This document shows, piece after piece, positions 60,415 through 64,000 of a stretch of DNA of 64,000 nucleotides. The translations under genes and the position numbers were made by a program. The DNA is from Chrysomallon squamiferum (Eukaryota > Animalia > Mollusca). Under the pieces are notes generated by a model that did not search any database, was not told the origin of the DNA, and saw only the letters and a list, made by a program, of their open reading frames with translations. The stretch's first letter is position 1. Every line of letters starts with the position of its first letter. Where the stretch lies: positions 21,328,001-21,392,000 of the forward strand of contig CM022679.1 of NCBI GenBank assembly GCA_012295275.1, given 5' to 3'.

Positions 60415-61210
60415 ATCTAGTGGATCCAACGAGGGAGGTTAAAAGACAGTGTAACACGCTGTAGTTGTCTGGCAAACAGCAAACACTTGTAAGAGGGAAA
60501 ATAATCGAAACAAGAATCATAATGGCGTGTTGGTTACCAAACTGATGTCTGGTAATGCTGTGATACTTGTTTATAGGTTCATAAAGGCAGCAGAAAACAA
60601 CAATTTCTAAACTTTTATTTTATTTTATTTATTATATTATTTTTGTGAAGACAAAACGAGGAACATGAAAAGAGACAACACATACATAAATTAAAACCAA
60701 ATTTCAAAACTCAACATCACAATTTCAAAACGGAAAAGATGTAAATTGTGGAATAACTTAACCAACAAAATTAACAAAAATAAAACGAGATTTGCGAAAC
60801 GAAAATAATACAAACGTTTCCTAACAAAAATGAATTACGATACAATACTATAACTAATTACAACAAGCAACACTATTTACTTCATCTTGAATATACATCA
60901 TGTATATATACTGGCTAATAATTATTCTTTATTTACAGGTAATAAATCATTTGGATAGATCAAGACATTACGTTTTAAAATTTTGTAACGTAGAATGAGA
61001 AGAATGAGATTTTTTTTTTTCTTCAATTAAGAATATTTTACAAACATTTGTACAAAAATAGAGCCATCATTAGAACTGGTCAGAAAAACATTCGTTTTTT
61101 AAAGATATTAGAAAACAAACATAGCAAATACTTTTACACGTGAAAAATAAAATTGACGTAATCCTCCAATTTTGTCTCAGTATATTAATAACTGCCACTG
61201 TAAGAAATAC

Positions 61211-61249
<39 letters not shown>

Positions 61250-62449
61250 TGTATCAGTTATTGAGATTATTCTAAACTTATCTTAACTATTCAGATCTCG
61301 AATTATACCAAGGGTCGGCAAACCTTTCAGATAATGACATCTTCATGGAATCCTTGATCTTTTAAGCAAACAAAATAAATATCAATAACAAATTTTTCTA
61401 TTTAAAGGTAAAGAAACTGCGATAATATATATAAAAAAAACAATCCCCCCCCCAACGACAAACACCAAAACGATCAATGACAGATTTCGTATACCAGAAC
61501 GTTCATTACCATAACCGATTCCGGTATTTAGTGACCTCCATTTGACCCCTACGTATTTATCGTCTGGTTAACCAGACCTCTGAATTATACACTATGTATG
61601 TATACAAATCGTAAGTTGACGACAGATTCAATATGTGATGTCTTAGTCACGTTATTGAAAATGCTGAGTTATCAATTCCGCCTATAAGAGACAGGTTACA
61701 AATTATTTCATTATATATAGCTTGACATGAACGCTGGACTTATAATGTACATTTCTAAACCAAAAGAATCTAAATATGTATTAACATTTACCACACACAT
61801 ACACACACACACCAAAAAATGAAATAAATAAAATAAAATAAATAATAAATAAAAATAAAATAAAATAATAAATATAAAAAGTATCCTCGATTTGAAGTGA
61901 TTTTAAGCTCTGATCCAACTTTTTTTTATATTTTATGCTACAAAAATACGTTTAACACTAATGCCTTCTTATGCTACCATGTCCGATTTATTTTATTTTG
62001 ATTAACACGAAACAGCACTTACACAACTTGTCTCACATTACGTACACGAAAAAGAAAGGTTATCTGCGGGATCCCGCAAGCATTAGAACATTTAGCAACA
62101 AATAGATGTTTTAATATATTCATCATCTTCATCATATTTGTAAATTATTATTATTTTATCATTAGTTTGTTTTATTAACTTTTTTTTTTACATTTATTTA
62201 TTATTATTTTTATTCTTATTCTTATACATTTTTTATGCTACAGCAGTTTTATTACACTCGTTTCTCCGAGTCGGTTTATTTTTATTACTTTGATTTTGAT
62301 GATGTAACATTTCGTACCTAATTACAAAACAATGCTGCTGTAGTACTTTTAGTACATTTTCTACGGTATCGATACGTTAAAAAATATATTTTAACAAAAT
62401 TTCTTTAATGTCACAAAGTAGCACTTAAATTTCTTTGGCACTAAGCAAG

Positions 62450-62574
62450 TTAATCATATTCAGAGCCAATGGTGATGCTCAAGTCGCCCGGTTCTACGTA
62501 AGTTGCATGGTACCACTCGTTTGAATCAAATACAACTGAAAAACAAATAATACATGGTATTAATAGTCTACGAG

Positions 62575-62651
<77 letters not shown>

Positions 62652-63887
62652 TCTGAGAGGGTCTCTGTGTGTGTGTGTGTGTGCGCGCGCGCAAGACGCC
62701 TGTACATTCATGGGACAATGAATCAACATTTAATGAACTCTTATAACATATCGGTTTTATTTTAAACAATCAAAAGCATTACGTTTTGAAGTTTTGTAAT
62801 GAAAAGTACGAAAACTGATGGAGAACATTGTTATATTACTGAATGTACATACATATCCATTAATTCAACTAAAATGATGTTTTTCAACAAGAGGTAAATA
62901 AATTAATAAATGTTAACAATTCAGATGTACTTGGGATAAACAGTTTTTACAAGAAAAAAAAAAGAAAAAAAAGAAATAATAAAAAATTATTATGGACGAC
63001 CTGTGATCGCTCATATCAAAGTATGAAATAAATATTCCGTTATAAATATGCGACATGATATATGCGGCGGACTAATAGCTGTTTTCAAAGCAAATCAATT
63101 CGAACTGTACGCAGTGACGTCACAGCTAGAAAAAACTGTCTGCGCCTATGCATTTTGTGACATTGTACTACGTTGTTAATTAAAACTGGTCTGTAAATAG
63201 AGAAAATATAACTAGGATACTTTTAGACGATTTCGTAGCATCACCAAAAGTACACTTTAAAACACGCTGTTCCATTTTTGTGCAAGTTTGAAAAAAACTG
63301 TCTGCATACTTACAGATATCTCCCTTCTCCACAGTGACGTTCACTTCGTGACACACTGACTCACACTCGGGACTGGGAATCATGCGCCAAGTCTTAGCCC
63401 CCGAAATCTGAGCCTGCCAAGACGGTCGTCCTACCATGTCGAGCTAAACAAACAATACGTGAAAACAAGATACCGAAATATATGCTACACATATACACAT
63501 ACATATACACATACATACACATACATACACGAGTAAGTTATCTGATTGAAGTTTTTAATTTCGTTTTATAATAGAAATCACTTTTTTTTTTTTTTTTTTT
63601 TTAAATGGAATATTTTCTTACTTTCTATTATTGTTTAAAATCGCAAACATCTCATTTATATTATTATAATCCGGCTCATGTAGCAAGAAAAGATGATGTT
63701 CAAAACACCAAAGAAAAGAACGAGACAGGCAAAAACAAAACAACTATTTACGTGTACAAATGCTCCTATTCCAGGTCCACCCATAAAAATCCAGTCGATT
63801 GTGCTCGATTCCGAGTCGTTGGGCAGGAAGTATGGACGCCGATAATGTTGTCGTAGCTTAGCTGCCACTTCTTTGTGACAGTTGCTC
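62450..63887 (-). CDS. Uncharacterised JmjC/cupin-like protein, last three exons (5' part outside the window)
   Basis: Exons 63887-63752, 63443-63314 and 62535-62450 encode SNC...HYRRPYFLP...DWIFMGGPGIGAFVHLD...SWQAQISGAKTW...GDIFVFDSNEWYHAT...ITIGSEYD*. The HxD...H triad and G.K.W motif are typical of JmjC-like folds. Confidence 0.8.
62581..62692. repeat. (GA)n plus (TG)n/(CG)n microsatellite in an intron
   Basis: Dinucleotide runs. Confidence 0.9.
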
Positions 63888-64000
63888 CTAGAATTACAAA
63901 CAGATGCGACGTTAAAAAATAAAAATCCAACACTCACACAACACACACAGAGAAATCAAAATTTGAATATTGAAATTTTACAGTAATGTACTTTCGATTG

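Noticed and set aside
61248-61270. hAT-like terminal fragment caagggtcggcaaacc
   Set aside because: No matching opposite end found; too short to call.

Overview
AT-rich, intron-rich, microsatellite-laden animal genomic DNA. It is probably an invertebrate such as a mollusc; that is an inference from composition and repeat style. No prokaryotic features, CRISPR arrays, tRNA or rRNA genes were seen. I assembled spliced gene models by hand from GT-AG junctions, and exon phases close in frame in every case. Bases 1-23.3 kb hold a tandem cluster of a BCAP/PIK3AP1 (BANK1/Dof family) TIR-DBB-ankyrin adaptor: the 3' half of copy A, an internally deleted copy B that keeps only part of the TIR domain, and a complete 13-coding-exon copy C (~689 aa). 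These are followed by an endonuclease IV (Apn1/Nfo) gene (+), LAMTOR2 (-), ECD/ecdysoneless (+), POLDIP3/SKAR (-) and the 3' end of an uncharacterised JmjC/cupin-like gene (-). The BCAP cluster is the most notable part. Its duplicated upstream module carries four perfect kappaB sites (GGGGATTCCC). One signalling-motif exon is far more divergent between copies than the intron next to it. A 3' minisatellite is built from the gene's own C-terminal PPLPPR...stop codons.
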